Below are positions 19,399 through 29,589 of a stretch of 64,000 bases of DNA, piece after piece. The position numbers and the translations under genes were made by a program. Below the pieces are notes generated by a model. The model saw nothing but the letters and a program-made list of their open reading frames with translations, ran no database searches and was not told the origin of the DNA. Within the stretch, counting starts at the first letter, position 1; each line of letters starts with the position of its first letter. Where the stretch lies: NCBI GenBank assembly GCA_043823825.1, contig JBDRTU010000026.1:43-64042 (forward strand). The letters are read 5' to 3'. The DNA is from Patescibacteria group bacterium. GTDB taxonomy: Bacteria; Patescibacteriota; Patescibacteriia; Veblenbacterales; UBA10138.

Positions 19399-20564
19399 CG
19401 TACTATCTGTCTTGCAATAGCTAATTCCTCGTTTGTAGGAATAATGAGCTCAGGAATATCTTTAAGTTTAGGCAGACCCCTTATAATTAGTGTGCGAATA
19501 GTTTCATTGCGTTCACCAATATTACCAGTAAACACAATAGCATCTACTCTTCCTAAAATCGCGGCATAAGCGCCAATATACTTTTGCACTCTATAAATAT
19601 ACATTTTAAGCGCCAACCTTGCTCCCTCCTTTGCTTCTGCTGAAATTTTGCCCTGTGTCTTATATCCTAAAATTTCATATCCAGCTCGCACCATTAACTC
19701 CCGCATATCCTTAACTCCCGCAACTCCTAACCAGCCTGCTGAGTCATTAAGTAGCGCTCTGACGGCAACCGGCTTCATTTTCAGTTTATCTATTAAATGC
19801 AATACTAATCCAGGATCAAGATCGCCGCTTTGAGTAGCGCCCATTAATCCCTCTAGTGGTGTAAAGCCTGCTGAAGTATCAATTACCCTGCCGTACCTAA
19901 GAGCGGTAATGCTTGATCTTCCACCTAAGTAACAGGTAATTAAATTTAGCTTTGTTAAATCTTTATTCAAATTATTGGCTGTTTTTTCCGCAACATACTG
20001 ATGGGAAATACCATGCAAGCCAAAACGCTGCAATTTTTTTTTCTTTTGTATATCAATGGGTAGGGCGTAATATTTTGAGTAGTCTGGTAAATCACAATAC
20101 CAGGTAGTATCAAAAACCGCCCAATGATCAGCTTTGTTTAAAAATTTTAGACCGGCCTGAATCGTTATTATTTCCACTGTCCGGTGGGACAATGCCCCTA
20201 CTGTATTTTTAGTTAATACCGACAAATTTTTTAAGTTTAATTTAACTGGTTTGTCAAAATCAGTACTACCAAAAGCCACCCGGTGACCAACTTTTTTGAT
20301 CTGCTTTAATGGAAGTCCATGCCAAGCAATCAGCTTTAAAACATATGCCAGGGCCTGTTGATGACCACTTATTTTACTTTTAGCAACCACCAATTTACCT
20401 AATAAACGCCCCTCAGTAAAAGAATTAGACAAACCAATGCGCTCTACAGCCCCGCGTCCAATTTCTTCTAAATCAGGAGCAGTATAAAGCGCCCAGTTCA
20501 AAGAATCACCGCTGGTATTTAGTACCAAAAGATATGATGATTTGCTAGATAACTTAACCACCAT
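19395..20564 (-). CDS. ackA: Acetate kinase
   Basis: Acetate/propionate kinase motifs HRVAFGS, DTSAGFTPLEGLMGATQSGDLDPG and DAIVFTGNIGERN. Confidence 0.85.
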   Translation of the reverse strand: MVVKLSSKSSYLLVLNTSGDSLNWALYTAPDLEEIGRGAVERIGLSNSFTEGRLLGKLVVAKSKISGHQQALAYVLKLIAWHGLPLKQIKKVGHRVAFGSTDFDKPVKLNLKNLSVLTKNTVGALSHRTVEIITIQAGLKFLNKADHWAVFDTTWYCDLPDYSKYYALPIDIQKKKKLQRFGLHGISHQYVAEKTANNLNKDLTKLNLITCYLGGRSSITALRYGRVIDTSAGFTPLEGLMGATQSGDLDPGLVLHLIDKLKMKPVAVRALLNDSAGWLGVAGVKDMRELMVRAGYEILGYKTQGKISAEAKEGARLALKMYIYRVQKYIGAYAAILGRVDAIVFTGNIGERNETIRTLIIRGLPKLKDIPELIIPTNEELAIARQIVR

Positions 20565-20580
20565 AATTCAAGCTTAAAAA

Positions 20581-21567
20581 TTATTTATGGTGCTGAAGAA
20601 GAAACTTTTTGATTTCTCCTCGGCGTAATAAACCTCGCTGAGCCCCCATTTTCAGAATCACTGAATTACTATTACTCATACCCCACCGCATGGCTTCAAT
20701 TAACTTTCCTCTTGAGTGTATAAAACCAGCCAACCACCCTGAACCAAAAGCATCACCAGCACCAATGGTATTAACCGCTTTTAATTTGTATGACGGATAA
20801 TAAATAAAACTTTTACCATCAAAACAATAAGCCCCTTTGGCTCCACAGGTGATAAGCACTATTTCTGGGCCTAAGCTCCACAAAGTTTTAAGTATCTGAG
20901 CTTCGTTTTTTGCTTTTTTACCTAAGTCGCGAACGAGCTTTGTCGCCTCTTCTTTATTTAAGTCCAATACCGTAAGATACTTTAGCAAAGGCTTAAGCGC
21001 TTTAGCAGAAGCTAGTTGTCGGCTTCCAGGATTCCAAAAAATCTTCTTGCCCGCACGACTGCTGGCAGTAAAAAATTTCCTTAACATAGCTGGCCAATTT
21101 AGTGTTGTGATGGCAGTTAAATAAAACCAATTATAAGTCCCACTGGCTAATTTAGTTTTAAGCTGAAGTCCAGAACTAGCACCTCGATCAACAAAAGCTA
21201 TATGCTCACGTGCAGCCCCTGATGTCACTATTAAAGACATAGCTGAATGACGCTCGCGGTCAAAAGTAATACTTTTAACATCTACCCTTTCTGCTTTAAG
21301 GTGGTTGATGATTTCCCTGCCGCGCCAATCTCGTCCCAAATGAGTATAAACACTTGCGCTAATACCCAAACGGTTAAGGCCAACAGAAACATTAGAAGCG
21401 CCTCCGCCGAAAGTATAAATAGTGTCCGAAGCATCTATTTTAGCACCATAGCTAAAAGCCAGCATTGACTTAGTCTTTTGGCCGCTTTTCCCTTTGATCA
21501 GTTTTGCTTGATCAGTGGTCAAAAGTGCATCCCAAGTAGCACTGCCAATAACACAAACTTTACTCAT
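20581..21567 (-). CDS. PfkB-family sugar kinase (ribokinase/fructokinase-like)
   Basis: Signature NTIGAGDAFGSGWLAGF, plus an N-terminal GG motif. Confidence 0.75.
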   Translation of the reverse strand: MSKVCVIGSATWDALLTTDQAKLIKGKSGQKTKSMLAFSYGAKIDASDTIYTFGGGASNVSVGLNRLGISASVYTHLGRDWRGREIINHLKAERVDVKSITFDRERHSAMSLIVTSGAAREHIAFVDRGASSGLQLKTKLASGTYNWFYLTAITTLNWPAMLRKFFTASSRAGKKIFWNPGSRQLASAKALKPLLKYLTVLDLNKEEATKLVRDLGKKAKNEAQILKTLWSLGPEIVLITCGAKGAYCFDGKSFIYYPSYKLKAVNTIGAGDAFGSGWLAGFIHSRGKLIEAMRWGMSNSNSVILKMGAQRGLLRRGEIKKFLLQHHK

Positions 21568-21647
21568 AACAAGCTAAGTATAACATGATTTTTACTATCA
21601 ACCAATAAATATGGATCAAAAAGTCCTAGCAGTATATAATAATAAAT

Positions 21648-21992
21648 ATGAGGATCTACTTTGCCCGCCTAACGGGAATTATTCTAACCGCTGCTGGTTT
21701 CTTTGGCTTTTTTATTATCCAAATCAAGTATCTAATACAACTAGATTTATGGCAAAGTCTGGTTTATTTAGTTTTAGGAGTATTTGGCCTATATTACGGC
21801 TTCTTTAGTTCAAATCAAAAATATCTCAAAAGTTATCTTAATACTACTACTGCAGTAATGATGATCTTCCTGTTAATTGGGCTCACCTTTCCAAACTTAC
21901 TAGACCTGTTTCATTTAGAGGAAGAAGAGCACCTATTCCATGCTATACTTTTTCTTTATGGCGTAATTACTAATGGAGTGACAAAAACCTAA
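21648..21992 (+). CDS. Hypothetical membrane protein
   Basis: 114 aa with three TM helices. No family recognised. Confidence 0.4.
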   Translation: MRIYFARLTGIILTAAGFFGFFIIQIKYLIQLDLWQSLVYLVLGVFGLYYGFFSSNQKYLKSYLNTTTAVMMIFLLIGLTFPNLLDLFHLEEEEHLFHAILFLYGVITNGVTKT

Positions 21993-21993
21993 A

Positions 21994-22359
21994 CTACTTT
22001 TCTATGTTTAAAGCTTGCTGTAAACATTCTAAAGACAATAAGGCACACTTTAGTCTATTGGGGCCAACCTCTATATTAAGGAACATAAGCATTTTCTGCT
22101 TATCCCATTTTTTTAATTCCTCAACAGATTTTTCAATTACTTGTTCAAGTAAAATAGAGGCTCCAGCTTGAGACAAAACACATCCCTCGCCCACAAAACC
22201 AGCCTCAACAACTTTACCTTTTTCTACCACCAGTTCAATTTCTAAACCATCCCCACACAAGGGATTAACGTGCTCTGATCTTGCAGTAGGGTTTTTTAAT
22301 TTCCCTTGCTGACGTGGATGTTTGTAATGATCTAATATATTAGCTTGGTATAAATCCAT
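21994..22359 (-). CDS. sufU: Fe-S cluster scaffold SufU/IscU-like
   Basis: NPLCGD and GEGCVLSQAGAS motifs plus a C-terminal Cys. It is the last gene of the suf operon. Confidence 0.8.
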   Translation of the reverse strand: MDLYQANILDHYKHPRQQGKLKNPTARSEHVNPLCGDGLEIELVVEKGKVVEAGFVGEGCVLSQAGASILLEQVIEKSVEELKKWDKQKMLMFLNIEVGPNRLKCALLSLECLQQALNIEK

Positions 22360-22395
22360 GATGTAATATCAAAATGTAAAAATCAAAAATTAAAA

Positions 22396-23616
22396 TTAGG
22401 CTAACATTTTTTTTGCTTTTTCTAACGCCTCTACTAACCTATCAATATCCTCAGCGGTATTATAAATACTACAACTGGCACGGGTAGTGGCCACCAAGCC
22501 AAATTTTTTGTGCAAAGGCGCGTTGCAGTGATGCCCAACGCGCACTGCTACACCAGACTCATTTAAAATTCCTGCTACGTCATGGGCATGAACTTTTTCT
22601 AAAGTAAAAGAAAATAACGAACCGCGACTAGAAATTTCGCTGGGGCCGAATAATTTTAATCCCTTAACTATCTTCAGTTTAGCCAAACCGTATTCAGTGA
22701 GCGATCGCTCATGTTCAATAATATTAGACCAACCCAACTTGTAAATAAATTTTACAGCCTCACCTAAGCCAATCACCTCGGAAATAGGCGGAGTGCCAGC
22801 TTCAAATTTTGCTGGCAACTCAGCCCAAGTAGCGCGATCATACCAAACATCTTCGATCATGTGCCCACCAGTTAAAAAAGGCGGAATTTTTTTCAAAATA
22901 TCCTTTTTACCATAAAGCACACCAACCCCACTGGGGCCAAATATTTTATGGCCAGAAAAAGCTAAAAATTCACAATCCAACTCCTTAACATTAATTGGAT
23001 AATGCGCTGCTGCTTGCGCAGCATCAATTAAGACCCAAGCCCCGAGTTTATGTGCTATATGAATAATCAATTTTATATCGTTCACTGTACCTAACGCATT
23101 AGACATTGCTGTTACGGCAACAATTTTAGTTTTACTATTTATCAACTCGTCTAATTTACTTATATCTAATCTAAAATCATGGCCAACCGGTATTAGCCTT
23201 AACTTTGCTCCAGCGCGTGCTGCTGCTTGCTGCCAAGGAATTAAGTTAGCATGATGCTCCATTTCTGTAACCAAAATTTCATCGCCAGGCTTTAGCATAC
23301 TAGATACTGAATAAGCTACCAGGTTTATAGATTCAGTAGTGTTTTTGGTAAAAATTATTTCTGTAGGTTCTTGTGCGCCTATAAATTTTGCTATCTCTAT
23401 GCGAGCCTCTTCATACTGCCTGGTTGCCTCCTCTGCCAAATCGTAAATTCCCCTATGTATATTGGCATAGGTGGTTTTATACACTGCGTCCATCGCATCT
23501 AAAACCGACTGCGGTTTTTGCGCTGAAGCAGCACTATCTAAAAACGCCCAAGACTTCCCTGCTTTCGTTTGAGAAAAAATTGGGAATTGCTTTTTAATTG
23601 AATTTGGATCCAACAT
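22396..23616 (-). CDS. sufS: Cysteine desulfurase SufS
   Basis: Class V aminotransferase; N-terminal motif YLDSAAS...VLDAM, and PLP-lysine context SGHKIFGPSG. Confidence 0.9.
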   Translation of the reverse strand: MLDPNSIKKQFPIFSQTKAGKSWAFLDSAASAQKPQSVLDAMDAVYKTTYANIHRGIYDLAEEATRQYEEARIEIAKFIGAQEPTEIIFTKNTTESINLVAYSVSSMLKPGDEILVTEMEHHANLIPWQQAAARAGAKLRLIPVGHDFRLDISKLDELINSKTKIVAVTAMSNALGTVNDIKLIIHIAHKLGAWVLIDAAQAAAHYPINVKELDCEFLAFSGHKIFGPSGVGVLYGKKDILKKIPPFLTGGHMIEDVWYDRATWAELPAKFEAGTPPISEVIGLGEAVKFIYKLGWSNIIEHERSLTEYGLAKLKIVKGLKLFGPSEISSRGSLFSFTLEKVHAHDVAGILNESGVAVRVGHHCNAPLHKKFGLVATTRASCSIYNTAEDIDRLVEALEKAKKMLA

Positions 23617-23646
23617 AATTGCTACTAGTCTACACTAAATTAACTA

Positions 23647-24396
23647 TCAAATCAAGTCCCCCTGCAGTTTAGGGTCTACCCCAACTAGTGCCGGTTTTAA
23701 AAAGGCTTTAAGTAATAATAATAAGGCTTGCTCCTCCCAAATTCCCCGCGAGCGTAAATAAAAAAATTCTTCAGGAGAAAGTTGACCAATAGTAACGCCG
23801 TGCGAGGCTTTAACATTATTAGTTAAAATTTCCATACGAGGATCGGAGGTTGCCTTACTCTTCTCCCCAACTAGCACGGCTTTATCAGAAAGATAAGTGT
23901 CTGTACCGTGCGCCTCCCTTCCTACTTTTAGGGTACACGCAAAAGCTCCAGTTGCTTCTTGTTGTAAAATGCGACGCGAAATAATACGGCCAACCGTATT
24001 AACTGCCTGGTGATTTATTAAACACTCAACTTTGCCGTGTCCATTATTTTGATCCACTAGCGCTAGTTGCAAATGGCAGTCAGACCTCTCGCCAATTAAA
24101 TCAACATTAAATTTAATAGTATAATTTTTCTGCTGCCTGCCAAGTAAAGTTATAGTTAAACGCGCATTCTTTTCCACCCGACAATTTATTTTGGAACTTG
24201 GGCAAACACCATGCAAAATTAGATGAACTCCCGCGCCAGCTTGAAGTTGTAATTCCAACTTCTGTAGCCCTGTCTGCTTGGGCACCAGAATTTCGGCCAC
24301 TGAATTCTTTTCCACTAACAAATTGCGGCTCTGATTCCCCGGCGCCAACTGGACCACTGTTCGCCCACTAATCTTTCCCAACCTTTCCATGTTCAT
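23647..24396 (-). CDS. sufD: Fe-S assembly protein SufD (short form)
   Basis: C-terminal SufB/D signature SHGVTIGQLSPEEFFYLRSRGI. Confidence 0.75.
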   Translation of the reverse strand: MNMERLGKISGRTVVQLAPGNQSRNLLVEKNSVAEILVPKQTGLQKLELQLQAGAGVHLILHGVCPSSKINCRVEKNARLTITLLGRQQKNYTIKFNVDLIGERSDCHLQLALVDQNNGHGKVECLINHQAVNTVGRIISRRILQQEATGAFACTLKVGREAHGTDTYLSDKAVLVGEKSKATSDPRMEILTNNVKASHGVTIGQLSPEEFFYLRSRGIWEEQALLLLLKAFLKPALVGVDPKLQGDLI

Positions 24397-24457
24397 AATA
24401 TTAACTAGTTCTTATTTGTTAATTTAGTTAAATAGTTAAATAGCAACAAACACCAAA

Positions 24458-25870
24458 TTAGCCAACTGATCCTTCCATCTCTAACTGAATTAAACGATTT
24501 AGCTCAAGTGCGTATTCCATAGGCAATTCTTTAGCGATTGGCTCAATAAAACCAGAAACAATCAAGGAAGTAGCTTCTAATTCTGATAAACCACGCGAGC
24601 GCAAATAAAATAATTGTTCATCCCCTACTTTTGAAACTGTGGCCTCGTGCTCAATTTTTGCATCTCGAGTTTTAATGTCATTAGTGGGATAAGTATCAGA
24701 TCGTGATTCTGCGTCCATAAGCAAAGCATCGCATCTTACTTTAGCTTGAGAATTTTTTGCTTGTGGCGCTACGTGCAATAAACCGCGATAACTAGTGCGT
24801 CCTCCCCCACGGGCTATTGATTTAGAAACAATATTGGAGCTGGTATTAGGGGCTAAATGTATAGCCTTTGCGCCAGAATCTTGATGCTGGCGTTGCCCGG
24901 CATAAGATAGACTTAAAATATCAGCCTTGGAGCCAGCGCCCTTCATAAATACTGATGGATACTTCATAGTGACCTTACTACCAAAATTACCATCTACCCA
25001 TTCCACTATGGCTCCCTCTTCAGCAACTACTCGTTTGGTAACCAGATTATAAACATCGTTAGACCAATTCTGTATAGTAGTGTAGCGTACGCGAGAATAT
25101 GGTTTGGCGATAATCTCCACTACAGCGCAGTGAAGTGAATCAACAGAATAAACCGGTGCTGTGCATCCCTCAACATAATTCACATAACTCCCTTCTTCAG
25201 CCACAATTAAAGTCCTTTCAAACTGACCCATATTTTGGGCATTGAGCCTAAAGTATGCTTGTAAAGGAACCGTTACCTGCACCCCGGCTGGCACATAAAC
25301 AAAACTGCCGCCCGACCACGCTGCCGTGTTAAGCGCCGCAAACTTATTGTCGTTTAAAGGAATTACGGTGCCAAAATATTTTTTTACAATCTCTGGATGC
25401 TCTCGTAATCCTGAATCCATATCCATAAATATTACGCCTTGTTTTTTCCACTCTTCTTTTAGATTGTGATAAACAGCTTCGGAATCGTACTGCGCCCCCA
25501 CACCTGATAAAAATTTAGCCTCGGCCTGGCGAATACCTAGTTTTTCAAATGTTTTTTTAATGGTGTCAGGCACTTTGTCCCAAGACGCTGCTTGCCTTTC
25601 TGACGACTTTAAATAATAAGTAATTGCTTGATAATTAATTTGCGATATGCGAGCGCCCCAAGTTGGCACCTGTCGCTTATCAAACGCTTGCAATGCTTTA
25701 AGCCGCAGCTCTCTCATCCAAGCAGATTCCCCCTTAATTGATGATATTTCCTCAACTACTTTTTTGGAAAGGCCTGGTGGAATAGAATAAACCGGCTTGA
25801 TATCATCATAAAAACCAAACCGATAAGAATTCCCTGATTTCAGCTGTGTATCTTGTAATAATTTTGCCAT
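24458..25870 (-). CDS. sufB: Fe-S assembly protein SufB
   Basis: Full-length SufB with the C-terminal motif EHEATVSKVGDEQLFYLRSRGL. Confidence 0.95.
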   Translation of the reverse strand: MAKLLQDTQLKSGNSYRFGFYDDIKPVYSIPPGLSKKVVEEISSIKGESAWMRELRLKALQAFDKRQVPTWGARISQINYQAITYYLKSSERQAASWDKVPDTIKKTFEKLGIRQAEAKFLSGVGAQYDSEAVYHNLKEEWKKQGVIFMDMDSGLREHPEIVKKYFGTVIPLNDNKFAALNTAAWSGGSFVYVPAGVQVTVPLQAYFRLNAQNMGQFERTLIVAEEGSYVNYVEGCTAPVYSVDSLHCAVVEIIAKPYSRVRYTTIQNWSNDVYNLVTKRVVAEEGAIVEWVDGNFGSKVTMKYPSVFMKGAGSKADILSLSYAGQRQHQDSGAKAIHLAPNTSSNIVSKSIARGGGRTSYRGLLHVAPQAKNSQAKVRCDALLMDAESRSDTYPTNDIKTRDAKIEHEATVSKVGDEQLFYLRSRGLSELEATSLIVSGFIEPIAKELPMEYALELNRLIQLEMEGSVG

Positions 25871-25873
25871 CTT

Positions 25874-25890
25874 CTTATTCGCGCGAATTA
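25874..25890. repeat. Palindrome ttattcgcgcgaattag in the sufC-sufB intergenic spacer
   Basis: Core 12-bp perfect palindrome ATTCGCGCGAAT, identical to the copy at 63686-63697. Confidence 0.55.
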
Positions 25891-25918
25891 GAAAGTAGTT
25901 CTATAGTTAAATTAAGGG

Positions 25919-26668
25919 CTACGCGACTAATTGCTTATAACCTGTCCGTTCAACGAGATCAACTAGTTCCTCCCCTGCTGACTTAACTATTTTCCCGTTT
26001 ACTAAAACATGAACGTGAGTCGGCTTTAGATAATACAACAACCGCTGGTAATGTGTTATTACTAATACACTAGTCTTCGGACCCACAAACTCTTTGACTG
26101 TCTTAGCCACTAATTTTAAAGCATCAATGTCTAAGCCAGAGTCAGTTTCGTCTAAAATTGCTACTTTCGGCTTTAGGATTAGGAGTTGTAAAATTTCTAA
26201 GCGCTTCTTTTCTCCACCAGAAAAACTATCATTAACACTACGGCTGAAAAAATCTGGATTGAGTTTTAGACGTTTCCCTGCTTGGTTGAGTAGTATTTCA
26301 ACATCGGATGCGGATAACGGTTTTAGTTTTTCTGCAGTACGCCTAGCGTTTAAAGTACTTAATAAAAAATCTCTGACACTTAAACCCGGAATCGCCACTG
26401 GATACTGAAATGCCAAAAACAAACCTCGCTGCGCCCGCTCCTCTGCCTTAAGCACTAACACATCCCTCCCCGCTAATAAAGCCTGCCCACCTGCAATTTC
26501 ATAGTTCGGATGTCCAGCTAAAGCCGCGGCTAAAGTAGATTTACCGCTGCCATTTGGCCCCATCAGCGCATGCACTTCTCCAGCACCTATTGATAAAGAT
26601 AGGTCGCGGATTATAACCTTGCCTTCAACTTTTATTTGCAAATTTTTTATCTCTAATAAATTTGACAT
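25919..26668 (-). CDS. sufC: Fe-S assembly ATPase SufC
   Basis: ABC ATPase with Walker A GPNGSGKST, the signature LSGGEKKR and Walker B ILDETDSGLD. Confidence 0.95.
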   Translation of the reverse strand: MSNLLEIKNLQIKVEGKVIIRDLSLSIGAGEVHALMGPNGSGKSTLAAALAGHPNYEIAGGQALLAGRDVLVLKAEERAQRGLFLAFQYPVAIPGLSVRDFLLSTLNARRTAEKLKPLSASDVEILLNQAGKRLKLNPDFFSRSVNDSFSGGEKKRLEILQLLILKPKVAILDETDSGLDIDALKLVAKTVKEFVGPKTSVLVITHYQRLLYYLKPTHVHVLVNGKIVKSAGEELVDLVERTGYKQLVA

Positions 26669-26676
26669 TGGGCAAT

Positions 26677-27282
26677 TTATTTTAACCTACTAGCCACCTC
26701 ATCCCAGTTAACAACATTCCACCAAGCCTTAATATAATCAGGTCTCTTATTCTGATATTTTAAATAATAAGCGTGTTCCCAAACATCTAGTACTAAGAGT
26801 GGGGTTAAACCCTGCGTAATAGGGCTATCTTGATTAGGTGTAGTGATAACGCTAAGTTTCTTTGAACTATCGCTAACGACCCAGACCCAGCCACTACCAA
26901 AAAGTTTAGTAGCTGCGTCGGTAAAATTATCACGCAACTTTTTAAACTCTCCAAAATTTTTATTTAGCATATCTGCTAGCTCGCCGCTTGGCTCCACTCC
27001 TCCACCAGCCGGCGGATTCATACTAGTCCAAAAGAGTGAATGATTATAATGACCACCGCCATTATTTATTACGGCGCCTCGCACTGCTTCAGGAACTTGA
27101 GCTAAATTACCCAACAGCTCTTCTAGAGACTTGTCTTTAAGTTCTGGTACTTTCTCAAGAGCTTCATTTAATTTATTAACATAAGTTTGATGGTGTTTAG
27201 AATGGTGAATTTCCATAGTTCCTTTATCAATAAACGGCTCTAAAGCATCATAACTGTATAGTAGTTTTGGTAAAGAAAACAT
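26677..27282 (-). CDS. sodA: Fe/Mn superoxide dismutase
   Basis: [25 protein letters not shown] and the C-terminal DVWEHAYY motif. Confidence 0.9.
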   Translation of the reverse strand: MFSLPKLLYSYDALEPFIDKGTMEIHHSKHHQTYVNKLNEALEKVPELKDKSLEELLGNLAQVPEAVRGAVINNGGGHYNHSLFWTSMNPPAGGGVEPSGELADMLNKNFGEFKKLRDNFTDAATKLFGSGWVWVVSDSSKKLSVITTPNQDSPITQGLTPLLVLDVWEHAYYLKYQNKRPDYIKAWWNVVNWDEVASRLK

Positions 27283-27292
27283 AATTTTTAAA

Positions 27293-27715
27293 TTAAGGAT
27301 TAGTAGTTAGATTAGATTTTTTATAAAGATCAGCTAAGCTGTAACTGTCCAAGATAGAATAAATTTTATGATGAATAGCGCACCATCCTTGTTTCATTAA
27401 ACATAATTTTTCACGAATACAATTTGCCCGGTCACTAGTGCACTTAGTGGGCGCTAAATCGCCTTCCAAAATTGTTAGCACTTCGACTAATTTAATTTGG
27501 TAGGCTGGACGAGCTAAAATGTAACCACCACCAGCACCCTCTTTACTAACGATAATATTTGCCCGCTTTAAAGTGGCGGCCAGCCGTTCAATGTATTTAA
27601 GCGGCAATTTTTTTTGACGCGATATTTCCTTAAGTGAAATTAATCGTTTTGGCCGCTGGACCAGGGCTTCTAAGAAACTAAGTCCATAATCGCCTTTTGT
27701 TGATAATCCAAACAT
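27293..27715 (-). CDS. Rrf2-family transcriptional regulator (IscR/SufR-like)
   Basis: N-terminal wHTH motif [13 protein letters not shown] and three Cys in [14 protein letters not shown], typical of Fe-S-binding Rrf2 proteins. It is the first gene of the sod-suf operon. Confidence 0.85.
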   Translation of the reverse strand: MFGLSTKGDYGLSFLEALVQRPKRLISLKEISRQKKLPLKYIERLAATLKRANIIVSKEGAGGGYILARPAYQIKLVEVLTILEGDLAPTKCTSDRANCIREKLCLMKQGWCAIHHKIYSILDSYSLADLYKKSNLTTNP

Positions 27716-27725
27716 ATAAATAAAT

Positions 27726-27777
27726 TACTCCTACCCTCTAAGTAGGAGTATAAACAACATCAAAAATCGTGTCAAGT
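27726..27777 (-). promoter_or_regulatory. Sigma70-like promoter with an overlapping operator palindrome for the Rrf2-sodA-suf operon
   Basis: On the minus strand, TTGACA (27775-27770), a 17-nt spacer and TATACT (27752-27747). The perfect inverted repeat tactcctac-N7-gtaggagta (27726-27750) overlaps the -10 box and the predicted TSS. An AGGAG lies 12 nt before the ATG. Confidence 0.55.
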
Positions 27778-27959
27778 TCTAAAAGTATACTCCAATTCCA
27801 AGTATCGGAGTTTGCTGTTCTTTCTGACACACCGTTATGCTCATCTCGCACGCCGTAGCGCCTTGAGTTTTCTGGGGGAGAATCACCTACTAGCATCTGA
27901 TCTGATTCGCTAATGCTAAGTATTGGGGCCTGGCACAAAGGCGTGTCAAGTAACCGCTG

Positions 27960-28658
27960 TTATTTTTTCTTTTTCTGATGTTTTCTTTGTTTAGCTATTT
28001 GTAGTAAAAAAGTAACTGCAACAAAAACGATGGCCGACACTAAACCAATTAATACCATACTACCTGATTTATTAACCTTTATAGTAGATGCTGTTTTAGT
28101 TGTTGCTAAATCATCTAGTTTGGGCGTGCTGCTAAGTAATTGATTGTCTTCAGTAAGGGTGATGTCTTCCACTAAATCTAGAATCGTAAAGGTGGCGGCC
28201 TCTAAGGCACCAATCAAATTGGTTTCATGACTATTAGTTGCCTTAACATAACCCTCACTCACTTGCACTATCGCCTTCCCTAAAGAGATGGTTTTAAAAG
28301 TAATACTAACTAGACTAGTCTCGTCACCAACATACCCTCCCTCTTTGATTATTCCTACAAAAGTAACTTTACCTTTACTATTGGCAAATGTTGGTTCCAC
28401 AGGCCAATCAGAAATAATACTGTCACTAGTTTCTAATTTAGTTACTCTCAACTTGCTTTTATCAAAACTAATAGTAGAGCCAACTTCATTCACTAAATAC
28501 TCACCAGTCGCTAATTTAACTTCCACAGTTATTAAACTACCCTTAGTATAAAGACCGCTGGTGGGCAATAAAAAAATGGTACTAGCAGACGAAGCTGGTA
28601 GCACCCAAATCAGATTAACTAATATTCCTAAAGCAAGTATTTTACAGCTACTCCACAT
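27960..28658 (-). CDS. Hypothetical cell-surface protein (signal peptide, C-terminal TM anchor, poly-Lys tail)
   Basis: N-terminal signal peptide, Ser/Thr-rich beta-type domain, and a C-terminal hydrophobic helix followed by KQRKHQKKKK. Confidence 0.5.
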   Translation of the reverse strand: MWSSCKILALGILVNLIWVLPASSASTIFLLPTSGLYTKGSLITVEVKLATGEYLVNEVGSTISFDKSKLRVTKLETSDSIISDWPVEPTFANSKGKVTFVGIIKEGGYVGDETSLVSITFKTISLGKAIVQVSEGYVKATNSHETNLIGALEAATFTILDLVEDITLTEDNQLLSSTPKLDDLATTKTASTIKVNKSGSMVLIGLVSAIVFVAVTFLLQIAKQRKHQKKKK

Positions 28659-28692
28659 GTTTATTTTACTTAAGGAAATTATGAAAAGATTT

Positions 28693-29589
28693 TTAATGTC
28701 GGTCTGTAAGCTTGTACCATTCTACTAACAAAGGAGAAGCAATAAAAATAGATGAATAAGTACCTATAGCAATACCCACAATTAAAGCTAAAGCAAAATA
28801 GTGAATGGTTGAACCGCCATAAAAAAATAAAGCTGCCAACACCAGTAAAGTTGTTAAAGAAGTATTAATTGAGCGAGTTAAAGTATCGTTGATGCTTTTG
28901 TTAACAACTTGATCAAAACTACCAATTATTCCTCTAAATAAATTTTCGCGAGTTCTGTCAAACACCACGATAGTATCATGCACCGAAAAACCTAACACAG
29001 TTAGTATTGCCGAAACAAATAAACTATCAACTTCAACATTTAGATAATGCCCCAATACAGAAAAAATTCCAACTGTAATTAAAACATCATGCGCTAAAGC
29101 GGCAATAGCTGATAAACCATACTTCCACGATGCAACTGGTTTCGCCACTTTACGAAAGGCCCAAGCAATATACAAAATAATGAAAATCAAAGCAAAACCA
29201 ATTACCCACAAGGCGCGTTTGCCTAATTCGGCGCCTAAGGTTGGGCCAATAGACTCAAAGCGTTTACTTTGAATATCACCATGGTTTTCTCTGAGTAAGC
29301 TCAAAATACTTTGATGCTCATCTTCGGAAACATCGCGAAAACGAAATATCACGTCCTGCTCCCCAGTTGGCTGAATTACTACTCCACCCAGGTTAAAAGG
29401 TTCTAAGGTTTGATGTAATTGATCGTTAGTTGGTCGCTCGTTAATAAAAGCAACCTCTAGTAAAGATCCACCAGTAAAATCAATGCCAAGATTTAGACCC
29501 CAAAAAGATAAACTGACAACGCTGGCAACAATCAGTAGTGTTGAAAAAATATAGCCTATTTTACGATTAGCAATAAAATTTATTTTCAT
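28693..29589 (-). CDS. secF: Protein translocase subunit SecF
   Basis: SecF motifs LGIDFTGGSLLEV and a six-TM core. Overlaps secD by 4 nt. Confidence 0.9.
   Translation of the reverse strand: MKINFIANRKIGYIFSTLLIVASVVSLSFWGLNLGIDFTGGSLLEVAFINERPTNDQLHQTLEPFNLGGVVIQPTGEQDVIFRFRDVSEDEHQSILSLLRENHGDIQSKRFESIGPTLGAELGKRALWVIGFALIFIILYIAWAFRKVAKPVASWKYGLSAIAALAHDVLITVGIFSVLGHYLNVEVDSLFVSAILTVLGFSVHDTIVVFDRTRENLFRGIIGSFDQVVNKSINDTLTRSINTSLTTLLVLAALFFYGGSTIHYFALALIVGIAIGTYSSIFIASPLLVEWYKLTDRH

Noticed and set aside
27738-27938. 66-aa minus-strand ORF upstream of the Rrf2 gene
   Set aside because: It falls in the promoter/leader region of the sod-suf operon between two TTGACA boxes, and its composition is unlike the neighbouring proteins.
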